From Methanothrix sp. (GTDB lineage Archaea; Halobacteriota; Methanosarcinia; Methanotrichales; Methanotrichaceae): 64,000 nucleotides of DNA. The notes beneath the pieces are model-generated. The model searched no databases and was not told where the DNA came from. It worked only from the letters and a program-made list of their open reading frames with translations. This document shows positions 1 through 10,438 of the stretch, one piece after another. The first letter of the stretch is position 1, and the number at the start of each line of letters is the position of its first letter. The DNA lies in contig JAXGJB010000008.1 in NCBI GenBank assembly GCA_040770465.1, positions 15,275 to 79,274 on the forward strand, read 5' to 3'. A program made the position numbers and the translations under genes.

Positions 1-212
1 ACCTCCCGCGTCGAGTGAACGTTCTCAGCCTCCTCGGAGATGTGTATACCGAGAGCGTCAGAGAAGGCGTCGGCCACGGCTATCGTCAGTATGCCGCCGA
101 TCACCGCAAGCTTCGAGCCCGTGCCCGAGTTGAGCCCCACCATCAGACCCAGGGTGGTGATGATCCCCGAGGTCAGCCCGAAGCAGAACCCCGTCTTCAA
201 CGACTCCTTCAT
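1..212 (-). CDS. VIT1/CCC1-like membrane protein, 3' end outside window
   Basis: Manual translation from ATG at 212: MKESLKTGFCFGLTSGIITTLGLMVGL...IAVADAFSDALGIHISEEAE, resembling the VIT1 N-terminal helices; not in ORF track. Confidence 0.7.
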   Translation of the reverse strand, partial: MKESLKTGFCFGLTSGIITTLGLMVGLNSGTGSKLAVIGGILTIAVADAFSDALGIHISEEAENVHSTRE

Positions 213-412
213 GGACCTCGCCGAACACCTAGGATTTGGAGAATAATTATAGCTGTCGCAAGAACTCGATCTCCAAACGCAAATCCCTGAATGTTGGAGG
301 AACTCCACCAATCTTTGGTCTTTTCCAGCGGGATCCCGAAAGCTACTTCTACTATTAAATGATAATATGTTGTCGTGCAGGCTTTAAGGCCAGGAATAGG
401 AGGAGGATTTTG

Positions 413-700
413 ATGAAGAATTACATAATGTTGACCACCCTCACCGAAGAGGGGAGCAGAACTGTGAAAAATCAACCGGAGAGGATCTTGCAGGTGAACA
501 AGGCGGTGGAAAGCTGGGGCGCGAAGATCGTCGGTCAGTTCGCCCTCTTCGGACCCTACGACTTCCTGACCCTTCTCCAGGCAGACGACGATATGACGAT
601 CCTCAAGATCGCAGCAGAGCTCGGCTCGAGGGGAACCCTCAAGACCATGACCCTGCCAGCCGTCCCCATCGACGAGTTCGTCAAGGGAATTTCAGAGTGA
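413..700 (+). CDS. GYD domain-containing protein
   Basis: MKNYIMLTTLTEEG...LFGPYDFL...GTLKTMTLPA; GGAGGAGG RBS before ATG 413. Confidence 0.85.
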   Translation: MKNYIMLTTLTEEGSRTVKNQPERILQVNKAVESWGAKIVGQFALFGPYDFLTLLQADDDMTILKIAAELGSRGTLKTMTLPAVPIDEFVKGISE

Positions 701-940
701 TCTCCAACAAAAGCCAAAAATTCGGCATTATCTGGGCGAGCCGGCAGAGGTCCATGCAGTGGCCGCCCAGATCGGATAAACGGAAAAGGCGGATGCAGGA
801 CGTCGCCGTCATGCCGTCGGAGTGCCTTTCTCTCCTTCCCGACGTTAAGATCTTTTCTTAGTATTTCATACCATTTGTGAAAGTATCTCAAACAGATACA
901 AATCGTCTCGCTCCAAAATAAGCCTTCGAGGTGTTGAGAC

Positions 941-1267
941 GTGGAAGTTTTAGAGACGAGACTTTATAAAGGGGCTTCGGAGATCGACGAGGTCTTCGGC
1001 GTCGTATCGAACATGATCTTCGGCCCCAGCTTCGACTGGGAGATATCCGACTCGGCCGAAGATAAGCTGGTGATGAAGATCACCGGATGCCCCCTTCTGA
1101 AGGAGGCAAACGGGAAGGGACGAGACCCCGAAGAGCTTTCCGAAGCTTGTCAGGCCTACTGCAGATCTGCCGTGAAGAACCTAAATCCCAGGTGCAGTCA
1201 GGTGTACACCAAGAGGATGTGCACCGGGGACGGCTACTGCGAAAACGTGATCTCCATCCGAGGATAG
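941..1267 (+). CDS. V4R-like / methanogen output-domain-like small protein
   Basis: GAGGTG RBS 7 nt before GTG; Cys pattern ITGCPLL..CQAYC..LNP..KRMCTGDGYCE. Confidence 0.6.
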   Translation: MEVLETRLYKGASEIDEVFGVVSNMIFGPSFDWEISDSAEDKLVMKITGCPLLKEANGKGRDPEELSEACQAYCRSAVKNLNPRCSQVYTKRMCTGDGYCENVISIRG

Positions 1268-1307
1268 ACGGCTCATTCGCACCCAAAAACCGCCAAAATG
1301 AAGGGAT

Positions 1308-1335
1308 GGCCGGGAGACCCAACGGGTCTCCGGCC
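1308..1335. terminator. GC-rich hairpin between convergent genes
   Basis: ggccgggagaccc-aac-gggtctccggcc inverted repeat with a one-nt bulge. Confidence 0.4.
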
Positions 1336-1358
1336 GCGCATTTTCTTACAAATTTTGA

Positions 1359-2147
1359 CTATCGCGGGCGGCTGTATATGTACCAGTAGATAGCGCCCAC
1401 GAACAGACCGCCGCCGACGATGTTACCCAAGGTCACCGGGATCAGGTTGACGGTGAAGAACTGAGCCCATGTGACGTCGGCTCCGTACATTATCCCCGAG
1501 GGGATGAAGAACATGTTGGCGATGCTGTGCTCAAACCCGATGGCCACGAAGGCCATAATCGGAAACCAGATCCCCAGAACTTTGCTTACCACGTCGTCGG
1601 AGGCGATGGCGAGCCAGACCGAGAGGCAGACCAGCCAATTGCAGCCAACTCCCTTGAAGAAGAGGGGCCAAAAGCCCTGGGAGACCTTCGCCTCGGCTAT
1701 TCCGGTTATGGTGCCAAGCCAGGGATCAGAGGCCAAAAGGCCTGTGATATAGGTCAGGAAGAAGACCACAAATATCGAGCCTATGAAGTTTCCGACGTAA
1801 GATACCGTCCAGTTTCGAGCAAGCCCCGCCCACGAAGCCTTCCTGGAGAGGACCGCCGGAATGCAGCAGGCTGTATTGCCCGTAAAGAGCTCCGCTCCGG
1901 CCACCACCACCAGGATCAAACCCACGGGGAAGACCGCTCCGAAGATGAACTTCTGCAGTCCGGGGTTGTCAACCCGAAGGCCGGGAACTCCACCGCCGAC
2001 GATGACCGCCAAAAGCCCGCCGAAGGCGATGAAGGCTCCGGCCAGAAAGCCGAGAGCCAGAAGTGGTCCAAAGGCCATCTCGATCTTGTTACATCCGATG
2101 TTGTCGACCGAGCAGGTCGTATCTTTTGGTGATTTGAATCCCATCAA
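1359..2147 (-). CDS. fdhC: formate/nitrite transporter (FNT family)
   Basis: FLAGAFIAFG, GAELFTGN, GNFIG, CNWLVC, GFEHSIANMF, TLGNIVGG motifs. Confidence 0.93.
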   Translation of the reverse strand: MMGFKSPKDTTCSVDNIGCNKIEMAFGPLLALGFLAGAFIAFGGLLAVIVGGGVPGLRVDNPGLQKFIFGAVFPVGLILVVVAGAELFTGNTACCIPAVLSRKASWAGLARNWTVSYVGNFIGSIFVVFFLTYITGLLASDPWLGTITGIAEAKVSQGFWPLFFKGVGCNWLVCLSVWLAIASDDVVSKVLGIWFPIMAFVAIGFEHSIANMFFIPSGIMYGADVTWAQFFTVNLIPVTLGNIVGGGLFVGAIYWYIYSRPR

Positions 2148-2274
2148 TCATTCTCCCTAAAGTCTCTGATAAAAATGAATCAATGGCGGCCTCCCCGCAT
2201 TTTGAGAGGGCCAGAGGAGCCCAGATACGAGCCCTTGGCCAGGAACGTGCAGAGAACGCCAGCCAGGTGGGGCC

Positions 2275-3708
2275 TCAGCGGTTCCAAGACCCGTCCTCTC
2301 GGAGCCAACGATCGATATCTTCTGCAGACGTCTTCCCCGCCCCCATGGCGCTGATGACGGTGGCCCCGCCGGTGGTGATGTCCCCTCCGGCCCAGACGCC
2401 CTCCCGGGTGGTTCTGCCGTTCTCGTCCACCACCAGGGTGCCCCACTTTGTGATATCGAGACCCGGGGTGTTGGCAGGTACCAGGGGATTGGGGATCGTG
2501 CCCACGGCGATGATGACGGTGTCGACGTCCACCACGTGCTCGGACCCCTTCTCGGCCACGGGCCTTCGCCTGCCGCTGGCGTCCGGCTCGCCCAGAACCA
2601 TCTTCACCACCTCCATGCCAGCGACCCTTCCGCGGTCGTCTCCCAAAAATCGGGTGGGGTTAGTCAAAAAGTCGAAGATGACGCCCTCCTCTTTGGCGTT
2701 CTCGATCTCCTCGAGCCTTGCGGGCATCTCCGCTTCGGATCGGCGGTAGACGACGTGAACCTCATCTGCTCCGAGCCTCACGGCACACCGAGCCGCGTCC
2801 ATGGCTACGTTTCCGCCTCCGACCACCGCCACCTTATTCCCCTGCCTGATGGGGGTGTCGTACTCGGGAAACTTGTAGGCCTTCATGAGGTTGACCCGGG
2901 TCAGATACTCGTTGGCGGAGTAGACCCCGTTGAGGTTCTCGCCGGGGACGTTGAGAAAACGCGGCGCTCCAGCGCCGATCCCGAGGAATACCGCGTCAAA
3001 ATCGTTCTTCAGCAGCTCGTCGACCTGGACCAGCCTTCCTACCACCGAGTCCAGCTCGAACTCGACGCCCAGGCTCTTGACGTAATCGACCTCGGACCGA
3101 ACGATATCTTTTGGGAGCCGAAACTCGGGAATCCCGTATATCAGAACCCCCCCGGCGTCGTGGAGCGCCTCGAAGACAGTGACATTGTGGCCCCTCTTGG
3201 CGAGATCGGCGGCGCAGGTGAGGCCAGCGGGTCCCGCCCCCACCACGGCCACCTTTTTTCCGGTGGGTGGCAAAGCTTCCGCCACCTGGCCTGACCCGCC
3301 CTCTTCCGGCGCATTTCTTGACTCCCAGTCGGCCACAAACCTCTCCAGACGGCCGATGGCGATGGGGGCCCCTTTCTTCCCCAGGACGCACAGGCTCTCG
3401 CACTGGACCTCCTGGGGGCAGACCCTTCCGCATATGCCTGGCAGGCTGTTTTTGGCCTTGATCGTCCTGACCGCATCTTCCATCTCGCCGTCCCGGACGG
3501 CCTTGATGAAAGCCGGGATGTCAATTCCCACGGGGCAGCCTTCCATGCATTTGGGCTTCTTACACTCTAGGCACCTATCGGCCTCTTCGATGGCCTGCTC
3601 TTCGGAATAACCACGAGCCACCTCGAGGAAGTTTCGACTTCTCACCTCGGGAGACTGCTTGGGCATGGAAACCCGATTCAATTTCAGCTTCTTTTCCTTA
3701 CCAGACAT
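2275..3708 (-). CDS. gltA: NADPH-dependent glutamate synthase small-subunit-like / Nfn large subunit (SudA/NfnB)
   Basis: EADRCLEC..CMEGCPV, CGRVCPQEVQCE, GAGPAGL, YGIPEFRLPK, GGGNVAMDAAR, YRRS, GGDITTG motifs. Confidence 0.92.
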   Translation of the reverse strand: MSGKEKKLKLNRVSMPKQSPEVRSRNFLEVARGYSEEQAIEEADRCLECKKPKCMEGCPVGIDIPAFIKAVRDGEMEDAVRTIKAKNSLPGICGRVCPQEVQCESLCVLGKKGAPIAIGRLERFVADWESRNAPEEGGSGQVAEALPPTGKKVAVVGAGPAGLTCAADLAKRGHNVTVFEALHDAGGVLIYGIPEFRLPKDIVRSEVDYVKSLGVEFELDSVVGRLVQVDELLKNDFDAVFLGIGAGAPRFLNVPGENLNGVYSANEYLTRVNLMKAYKFPEYDTPIRQGNKVAVVGGGNVAMDAARCAVRLGADEVHVVYRRSEAEMPARLEEIENAKEEGVIFDFLTNPTRFLGDDRGRVAGMEVVKMVLGEPDASGRRRPVAEKGSEHVVDVDTVIIAVGTIPNPLVPANTPGLDITKWGTLVVDENGRTTREGVWAGGDITTGGATVISAMGAGKTSAEDIDRWLREDGSWNR

Positions 3709-4226
3709 CGTATCCCGCTTCGATATTGTGGCTCAGTCGGCGTTTCAGATGACCCCGCGCTCCGACGTCAATTTCATGATGGCGCTTCAGTTCAGGGAGC
3801 CGGCATATCGCCGACCTTCAATCCATCCGCCCCTCTGACGGAGACTGCCGCCATCGATATTTCTTCGTAAGGGCTGATGGATTCAACCTATGCCTCGATA
3901 TTTAAATCTTTTCGGTTTGCTCTTCCGCCGGCATAACCCGATCCTTCAGCATGCTTTTGGCCGTCCGATCCATCTTTAATCGGACTGGACTGGCGTGATG
4001 GTTGCTTTCTTGAGGTTGTTGCATAAATATCGATATCGTTTGTCACATTTAGATAATTCATTTGCCGTTTGCCGGACGGCTTTTTCCTATTCATTTATAC
4101 ATAAACTTTCGCATCCTGCTGCACGGACCGCTCCATTTCTTCCAAATATGCCACCAATAAATCTCATTTCAGCTCTAAATTAGGAGCAACTTAGAAATAT
4201 GACCTGCAATCTCCTAAAATAACGCG

Positions 4227-6986
4227 GTGGTGAAAGTGGACGAGATCACCCTAACCATTGATGGAAAAAAGGTCAGGACTCGGGAGGGTTCCACGGTTCT
4301 AGAAGCGGCCCGAAAGGCCGGGATATATATACCCGCCCTCTGCGACCATCCAGACTTGAAGCCTATCGGCTCATGTAAGCTCTGCATCGTCGAGATAGAT
4401 GGGAAAGATGTCTATCCCACCTCCTGCACAGCCCTCGCCGAAGAGGGGATGGTGGTGAGGACGAAGACCGACGAGCTCCAGAAGATGCGGCGCCACACCC
4501 TCGAGATGCTCCTGGCCCTGACAAACCACCCCACCAGCTGCCTCTTCTGCGACCGGAAGGACGAATGCACCGAGATGCGGGAGTGCATGAGAAAGTTCCC
4601 CATGGCGGTGGGGTGTAAATACTGTCCCAACGACGGCCGGTGCGAGCTTCAGACGGCTGTGGAGTATGTAGGGCTTGAGAGGATAAGATACGCCACCGAA
4701 TATCGCAACCTTCCGGTTCTGAGGGAGCCCTTCTTCGACCGGGATTACAACCTCTGCATCCTCTGCAGCCGCTGCGTCAGGACCTGCCAGGAGGTGAGAG
4801 GGGAGGGGGTCCTCGTCTTCGATGTGAACTACCACCAGCAACATTCCATAGGACCGATATCCCTGACCGAGTCCGAATGCAAGTTCTGCGGAGCCTGTGT
4901 CGACGTCTGTCCCACCGGAGCCCTCTTCGCCAGGTCCGAGAGGTGGGGGAAGCCCGAAGAGTTCGTCACCACCACCTGCCCCTTCTGCGGCGTGGGCTGC
5001 ATGATGGAGATCGGGGTACAGGACGGTCACATCGCCCAGATTAGGGGCAAGAGAGGGGAGACGCCGAACAACGGTCAGCTATGCGTCAAAGGGAGGTTCG
5101 GCCTCGACTTCGTAGAGAGCCCCGAACGGCTGAAGACGCCTCTGATCCGCAAAGATGGCAAGCTCGTCCCCGCCACCTGGGAGGAGGCGATGGACCTCAT
5201 CGTCGAGAGGTTCTCCCGATCCAAAGGCGACCGTTTTGCCCTCCTCTCCTCTGCCAAATGCACCAACGAGGAGAACTACCTCGCCCAGAAGCTCTCGCGT
5301 CTGGTGATGGAGACAAACAACGTCGACCACTGCGCCCGGCTCTGTCACGCCTCCACCGTCGCGGCCTTGGCGACGGCCTTCGGGAGCGGGGCCATGACCA
5401 ACTCCATCGAGGAGCTGAAGGACCCAGGCTGCATATTGATAATCGGATCCAACACCACCGAGCAGCATCCGGTGATCGCCCTCAAGATCAAAGAGGCGAA
5501 GAAGAGGGGCGCGAAGATCATCGTTGCCAACCCCCGATGGATCGAGCTCTGCAAGTTCGCCGACATCTGGCTGAGGCAGGAGCCCGGAACTGACGTCCCC
5601 CTGACCATGGGCATCTGCAAGGTCATCCTGGATGGAGGGCTCATCGACGAGGAGTTCATCAAGGAGCGGTGTGAGGGGTTCGAAGAGTTCAGAGACTCTC
5701 TCGCCGACGTATCTCTGGAAGAGGTCGGAAGGATCACCGGCGTTGAGGTGGAGCTGCTGAGGAAGGCGGCCCGGATGTACGCCGAGAACGGCCCCTCTTC
5801 TATAGTCTACTCCATGGGCATAACCCAGCACTCTCACGGCACCGAGAACATCCTCGCCCTCGCCGACCTCGCGATGATGACCGGAAACCTCGGCAAGCCC
5901 GCCAGCGGGATAAATCCTCTCCGGGGCCAGAACAACGTCCAGGGAGCATGCGACATGGGCGCCCTTCCCAACGTCTTCCCCGGATATCAGGCGGTGAACA
6001 ACGACGATCTCAGAGCGAAGTTTGAGGGAAGGTGGGGCAAAAAGCTCCAGAAGAAGCCAGGTCTTACTCTGATGGAGATCTTCAACGCAATCCACGACGA
6101 CGAGATCGACGTCCTGTACATCATCGGCGAGAACCCCAGGATCAGCGATCCCGACTCGACCCACGTCACCGAGGCCCTGGAGAAGGTGGACTTTCTGGTG
6201 GTCCAGGAGATATTCCTCTCGGAGACCGCAAGCCTTGCCGACGTGGTATTGCCCGCGACATCCTTCGCCGAAAAGGATGGGACCTTCACAAATACGGAAC
6301 GAAGGGTCCAGCGGGTCAGAAAGGTGCTGGATCCTCCAGGAGAGGCCTGGCCCGACTGGATGATCATTTCGGAGATCGGGAGGAGGATGGGCTACGGAGA
6401 AGAGTTCTCCTATTCGGACCCCTCGGAGATCATGGACGAGATCGCCTCCCTCACCCCCAGCTACGGCGGGATAAATTATGGGAGGATCGACGAGGTCGGC
6501 CTCCAGTGGCCCTGCCCCACCCCTGACCATCCCGGCACCCCTTACCTTCACAAAGCCGGATTCACGAGAGGAAAGGGTCTCTTTTCGGTGGTCGGTTACC
6601 GCCCCTCAACGGAGCTTCCCGACGAGGAGTACCCGTTCATCCTCACCACCGGAAGGGTCCTGTGCCACTTCCACACCGGCACCATGACCCGGAAGGTGCC
6701 GGGGCTGAACTATCTCCGCAACGAAGAGCTGGTGGAGATCAACCCCGCGGATGGGAAGGCTCTGGGGATAGAGGACGGCGATCTGGTGGAGGTGACCTCG
6801 AGGAGGGGGACGGTAAGGGCGAAGGCGAAGATGACGGAGAAGTCGTCGGAAGGCGTAGCCTTCATGACCTTCCACTTTGCCGAGACGCCCACCAACGTCC
6901 TCACCAACCCCGCCCTCGACCCCGTGGCCAAGATACCCGAGCTGAAAGTGTGTGCCGTAAAGCTCTCTAAAGCGGTTGGTGATTGA
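4227..6986 (+). CDS. fdhF: formate dehydrogenase alpha subunit (Mo/W-bisPGD) with N-terminal [2Fe-2S]/[4Fe-4S] domains
   Basis: TTCPFCGVGC, LCVKGRFG, DHCARLCHAST (Cys ligand), LRGQNNVQGACDMG, AEKDGTFTNTERR, C-terminal PELKVCAV. Confidence 0.95.
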   Translation: MVKVDEITLTIDGKKVRTREGSTVLEAARKAGIYIPALCDHPDLKPIGSCKLCIVEIDGKDVYPTSCTALAEEGMVVRTKTDELQKMRRHTLEMLLALTNHPTSCLFCDRKDECTEMRECMRKFPMAVGCKYCPNDGRCELQTAVEYVGLERIRYATEYRNLPVLREPFFDRDYNLCILCSRCVRTCQEVRGEGVLVFDVNYHQQHSIGPISLTESECKFCGACVDVCPTGALFARSERWGKPEEFVTTTCPFCGVGCMMEIGVQDGHIAQIRGKRGETPNNGQLCVKGRFGLDFVESPERLKTPLIRKDGKLVPATWEEAMDLIVERFSRSKGDRFALLSSAKCTNEENYLAQKLSRLVMETNNVDHCARLCHASTVAALATAFGSGAMTNSIEELKDPGCILIIGSNTTEQHPVIALKIKEAKKRGAKIIVANPRWIELCKFADIWLRQEPGTDVPLTMGICKVILDGGLIDEEFIKERCEGFEEFRDSLADVSLEEVGRITGVEVELLRKAARMYAENGPSSIVYSMGITQHSHGTENILALADLAMMTGNLGKPASGINPLRGQNNVQGACDMGALPNVFPGYQAVNNDDLRAKFEGRWGKKLQKKPGLTLMEIFNAIHDDEIDVLYIIGENPRISDPDSTHVTEALEKVDFLVVQEIFLSETASLADVVLPATSFAEKDGTFTNTERRVQRVRKVLDPPGEAWPDWMIISEIGRRMGYGEEFSYSDPSEIMDEIASLTPSYGGINYGRIDEVGLQWPCPTPDHPGTPYLHKAGFTRGKGLFSVVGYRPSTELPDEEYPFILTTGRVLCHFHTGTMTRKVPGLNYLRNEELVEINPADGKALGIEDGDLVEVTSRRGTVRAKAKMTEKSSEGVAFMTFHFAETPTNVLTNPALDPVAKIPELKVCAVKLSKAVGD

Positions 6987-7906
6987 ATATGTACCAGATA
7001 GTGGAGAAGGAGGTTCTCGTCCCCAACATAATCCGCCTCAAGATAAAGGCCCCGAAGATCGCCCGAGCTGCCCGCCCCGGCCAGTTTGTGATCATCAGGG
7101 TGGACGAGACCGGCGAGAGGATGCCCATGGGCCTCGCGGGCTGGGACGAGGAGGAAGGTACCATCGAGATCGTATTCTACGTCCTCGGGACCAGCACCAT
7201 GAAGCTCGGCACTCTGAGGGAGGGCGACTCCATAATGAACCTCGCAGGTCCTCTGGGCAAACCAACAGAGATCGAGAACTTCGGCACCGTGATCTGCGCC
7301 TGCGGCTGCTTCGGCATCGGACCCACCATGCCTCTGCTAAAGGCCCTCAAGGAGGCCGGAAACCGCGTCATAACCGCGGTGGAGGGGCGGAGCCGGGAGT
7401 TCATCTTCTGGGAGGATAAGTTGAGGGCCGAAAGCGACGAGCTCTACGTCCTTGCGGGAAGCGGCGGCTGTGGCGAGGATGGGTGGACAAACGACTTCAT
7501 AAGAAGGCGGCTTGAAGGGGGAGAGAAGGTCGACAGGATCTTCGTCCACGGCTGTCCCTTCATGATGATGGAGGTCTCCAAGGCCAGCGAGCCCTACGGC
7601 GTTAAGACGATCGTCAGCCTCACCCCCCTGATGGTGGACGGGACGGGGATGTGCGGAGCCTGCCGAGTCGAGGTCGGGGGCGAGACAAAGTTCGCCTGTG
7701 TCGACGGCCCCGACTTCGACGGCCACCAGGTCAACTGGGAGACCCTCGCCCTAAGGCTTCGCCAGTTCATCCCCGAGGAGGATCGATCTGCCATGCTCTG
7801 GGAGCGGGATAACTGGCACAAGCTGGTGGAGGCGGCCCCCCAGGCTCTGAACCCCACCCTGGGCAGAAAAGAAGGGGAGAAGAAGAAAGCTGCCTTTTCA
7901 ATCTAG
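6983..7906 (+). CDS. sulfide/dihydroorotate dehydrogenase-like FAD/NAD-binding protein (SudB/NfnA)
   Basis: ARPGQFVIIR..GERMP, GPLG, MVDGTGMCGACRV..ACVDGPDFDGH [2Fe-2S] motif; overlaps the fdh stop. Confidence 0.92.
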   Translation: MNMYQIVEKEVLVPNIIRLKIKAPKIARAARPGQFVIIRVDETGERMPMGLAGWDEEEGTIEIVFYVLGTSTMKLGTLREGDSIMNLAGPLGKPTEIENFGTVICACGCFGIGPTMPLLKALKEAGNRVITAVEGRSREFIFWEDKLRAESDELYVLAGSGGCGEDGWTNDFIRRRLEGGEKVDRIFVHGCPFMMMEVSKASEPYGVKTIVSLTPLMVDGTGMCGACRVEVGGETKFACVDGPDFDGHQVNWETLALRLRQFIPEEDRSAMLWERDNWHKLVEAAPQALNPTLGRKEGEKKKAAFSI

Positions 7907-8015
7907 GTGCCCCGGGCGGTCCCCCATTACGGGGATGATTCGGGCAGAAGATGCCTCATATTTGCTTCATCGACACCCAGGGGTTATGTGACCCGGCCGC
8001 CTGATATTAGATATT

Positions 8016-8249
8016 CTATCTGACGAGCTCGATCATCGAGGCGAACTTGTGGGGCGAAGCCGTGGCGGCCTCCACGTCGGCCATGATCCCCCTGCTTTCG
8101 GCATCGTTCAGGTAAAACCATGCCGCTTCCTCCAGGTTGTCTATCGCCTCTTCGGGAGTGGCACCAAAACTTGAGATTCCCAGCTCGGGGCATTTCGAGA
8201 TGTAAGCTCGATCCCCTTCCCACACTTCAGCCGTCAGGTTAAGTCTCAT
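8016..8249 (-). CDS. HicB-family antitoxin (orphan)
   Basis: YISKCPELGISSFGATPEEAIDNLEEA HicB signature. Confidence 0.8.
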   Translation of the reverse strand: MRLNLTAEVWEGDRAYISKCPELGISSFGATPEEAIDNLEEAAWFYLNDAESRGIMADVEAATASPHKFASMIELVR

Positions 8250-8596
8250 CTCTTCATTCCTCCAAATCGAACTTCAGCAATTATATGATGTGATTGTTTC
8301 GTTTATATATCCATTATCCATTTGATGGCAGTCTTTGACCTCTCCGGTGCAATTTGGAGGGAAAAGGATATATTCACCCCATCAGGCACGAACTTTCCTT
8401 CGCGCCGATCGGCGCGAAGCCTGGCTGCTGGGCGAGAAGAGAGGTTTCGCCGTAGAAAACGCATGATCCCAAAAGATTGGCTATGCTGCGCCGCAAATTG
8501 CCTTGAAAAAAGAGGTTATTGAGGGAGGAAGGATAGATCCTCCCCGGCCATATGCAAGGCCTTTCAGGATCGACTAAATGGACGAGATGGACGGAT

Positions 8597-9853
8597 CTAG
8601 GTCATCTTGATCCAGCCGCGGATCTTCATCGCCTCGACGACACGGTTTACGGCGACCACGTAAGCTGCCTGACGCATGTTTATGTCGTAAGCCTTGGATG
8701 TGTCGAGGACGTTGTGATAAGCTCTGGTCATCCTGTCGTCCAGGCGCTTGTAGACGTCTTCAACGTCCCAGCAGTACCGATCGATGTTCTGGACCATCTC
8801 GAAGTAGGAGACGGTGACGCCGCCGGCGTTGCAGAGGAAGTCGGGGATGACGTGCACGCCATTTTTGTGGAGGATATCGTCCGCCTCGGGGGTGGTCGGT
8901 CCGTTGGCCAGCTCTGCGACGATCTTCGCCTTGACGTTCGGCGCATTATCCTTGGTGATGACGTTCTCGAGGGCTGCGGTGATCAGGATATCCACGTCCA
9001 GCTCTATCAGCTCCTCGTTGGATATCTTCTGAATTCCCGGAGCGTTTACAACCGACTTGGTATCCGCCTTGACGCTGCAGGCGAGCTCGAGGTCCAGGCC
9101 GTCCTTGTTGTATATGCCGCCCTTGGAATCGCTGATGGCCACCACTTTGGAGCCGAAGAGGTTTCTGACGAGGAATCCTGCATGGCATCCGGCGTTTCCG
9201 TAGCCCTGGATGGCAACGGTCGCCTTGGAGAGGTCTATTCCGAGCTCCTTTGCCGCCTCCCGGATGGTGTACATGCCGCCGCGGGCCGTCGCATCGTCAC
9301 GGCCGCAGGAGCCACCGATGCAGACCGGCTTTCCGGTGATGCAGCCGAACTCGTTGCTCCCGGTGAGCTTCGAGTACTCGTCCATCATCCAGGCCATCGT
9401 CTGGGGGGTGGTGTAAACGTCGGGGGCGGGGACGTCCTTGTTGGGACCTATGAACTGCCAGATCTTGTCGATGTAACCTCGGCTCAGACGTTCCAGCTCA
9501 TTTTCTGAGAGCTCCTTGGGGTTGCAGATCACTCCGCCCTTTCCGCCGCCGAGGGGGAGATCAAGGAGAGAGCATTTCCAGGTCATCCATGCGGAAAGAG
9601 CTCTCACGGTGTCGATCGTCTCTTCGGGGTGGAACCTGATGCCGCCCTTGGTCGGTCCCTTGGCGTCGTTGTACTGGACCCTGAACCCCTTGAAGACCTT
9701 CGTGCTGCCGTCGTCCATCCTGACCGGAATGGAGACGTGGAGTTCACGCATGGGGTTTCGAAGTACCTCACGGACGTCGTCGTTCAACTTCAATATTTTT
9801 GCACAGTTGTCCAGCTGCTGTTGAGCTATTGCAAATGGGTTGAGTTCTGCCAT
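8597..9853 (-). CDS. gdhA: glutamate dehydrogenase (Glu/Leu/Phe/Val family)
   Basis: GPTKGGIRFHP, MTWKC, GGGKGG, DVPAPDV, QGYGNAG, ELANGP, NAGGVTVSYFE. Confidence 0.96.
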   Translation of the reverse strand: MAELNPFAIAQQQLDNCAKILKLNDDVREVLRNPMRELHVSIPVRMDDGSTKVFKGFRVQYNDAKGPTKGGIRFHPEETIDTVRALSAWMTWKCSLLDLPLGGGKGGVICNPKELSENELERLSRGYIDKIWQFIGPNKDVPAPDVYTTPQTMAWMMDEYSKLTGSNEFGCITGKPVCIGGSCGRDDATARGGMYTIREAAKELGIDLSKATVAIQGYGNAGCHAGFLVRNLFGSKVVAISDSKGGIYNKDGLDLELACSVKADTKSVVNAPGIQKISNEELIELDVDILITAALENVITKDNAPNVKAKIVAELANGPTTPEADDILHKNGVHVIPDFLCNAGGVTVSYFEMVQNIDRYCWDVEDVYKRLDDRMTRAYHNVLDTSKAYDINMRQAAYVVAVNRVVEAMKIRGWIKMT

Positions 9854-9991
9854 CCCTTTATCACCCTTTTAGGCTTCCGCCAAACACTAGATCACAACGG
9901 GTTAGGAGGAAGGCCATGTCAGCATCCAATAGTTAAATCTTATGAGTTACATTTATTTATGATCAATTGGACCATGCCGGCCGGACATTGA

Positions 9992-10006
9992 TATATAAAG
10001 GTTTCT
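9992..10006 (-). promoter_or_regulatory. putative BRE/TATA box for gdhA
   Basis: Minus strand AGAAACC-TTTATATA about 140 nt upstream of the start codon. Confidence 0.4.
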
Positions 10007-10438
10007 GAACTCCGGCTCGCGACCTATCGGTGCAAAAACTACCACAGAATTTTCGTATGTTTTTGTTACATCTATGCCAGATACTAGGAGAGATCGACCC
10101 CAAATTTCGGCAGAGATCCGGCGTGGATTCTTTCTCAAATTTTCGGCTGGATGTTGTCCCCTGAAAAGTTCAATTCGAGGATGTTAAAGCTCTGATATTG
10201 AAGAAAGGCCGCTGAAATTGTCGGATACTAAATTTATATATGGCAGTCAAAGATGATGAAACTGTCCCCTCTCACGTCGAGAGGAGGTCCAAAAATTATG
10301 TTATTTTCCGTGGTCGGAACGAGCCCTCAATGTTGTTTATTGGTGTATGTGCCATCTCATCGCACATACACCTCTATTGGCGGGCTCTCAGAGCAGAAGC
10401 TTCCAACGCTTCAAAACCACTCCGGCTCAACCCCGGCC

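Noticed and set aside
5079-6551. Long antisense ORFs (e.g. 490 aa here; also 8552-9508, 35936-37051, 47253-48497, 56693-57730)
   Set aside because: Shadow frames of well-supported genes, expected at high GC; no recognisable motifs
4227-6986. Selenocysteine recoding in Fdh
   Set aside because: The ligand codon is TGT (CARLCH) and the ORF has no internal TGA
7930-8015. Possible hicA remnant (…AGSH…) downstream of the orphan hicB
   Set aside because: Too short and interrupted by stops to support a call
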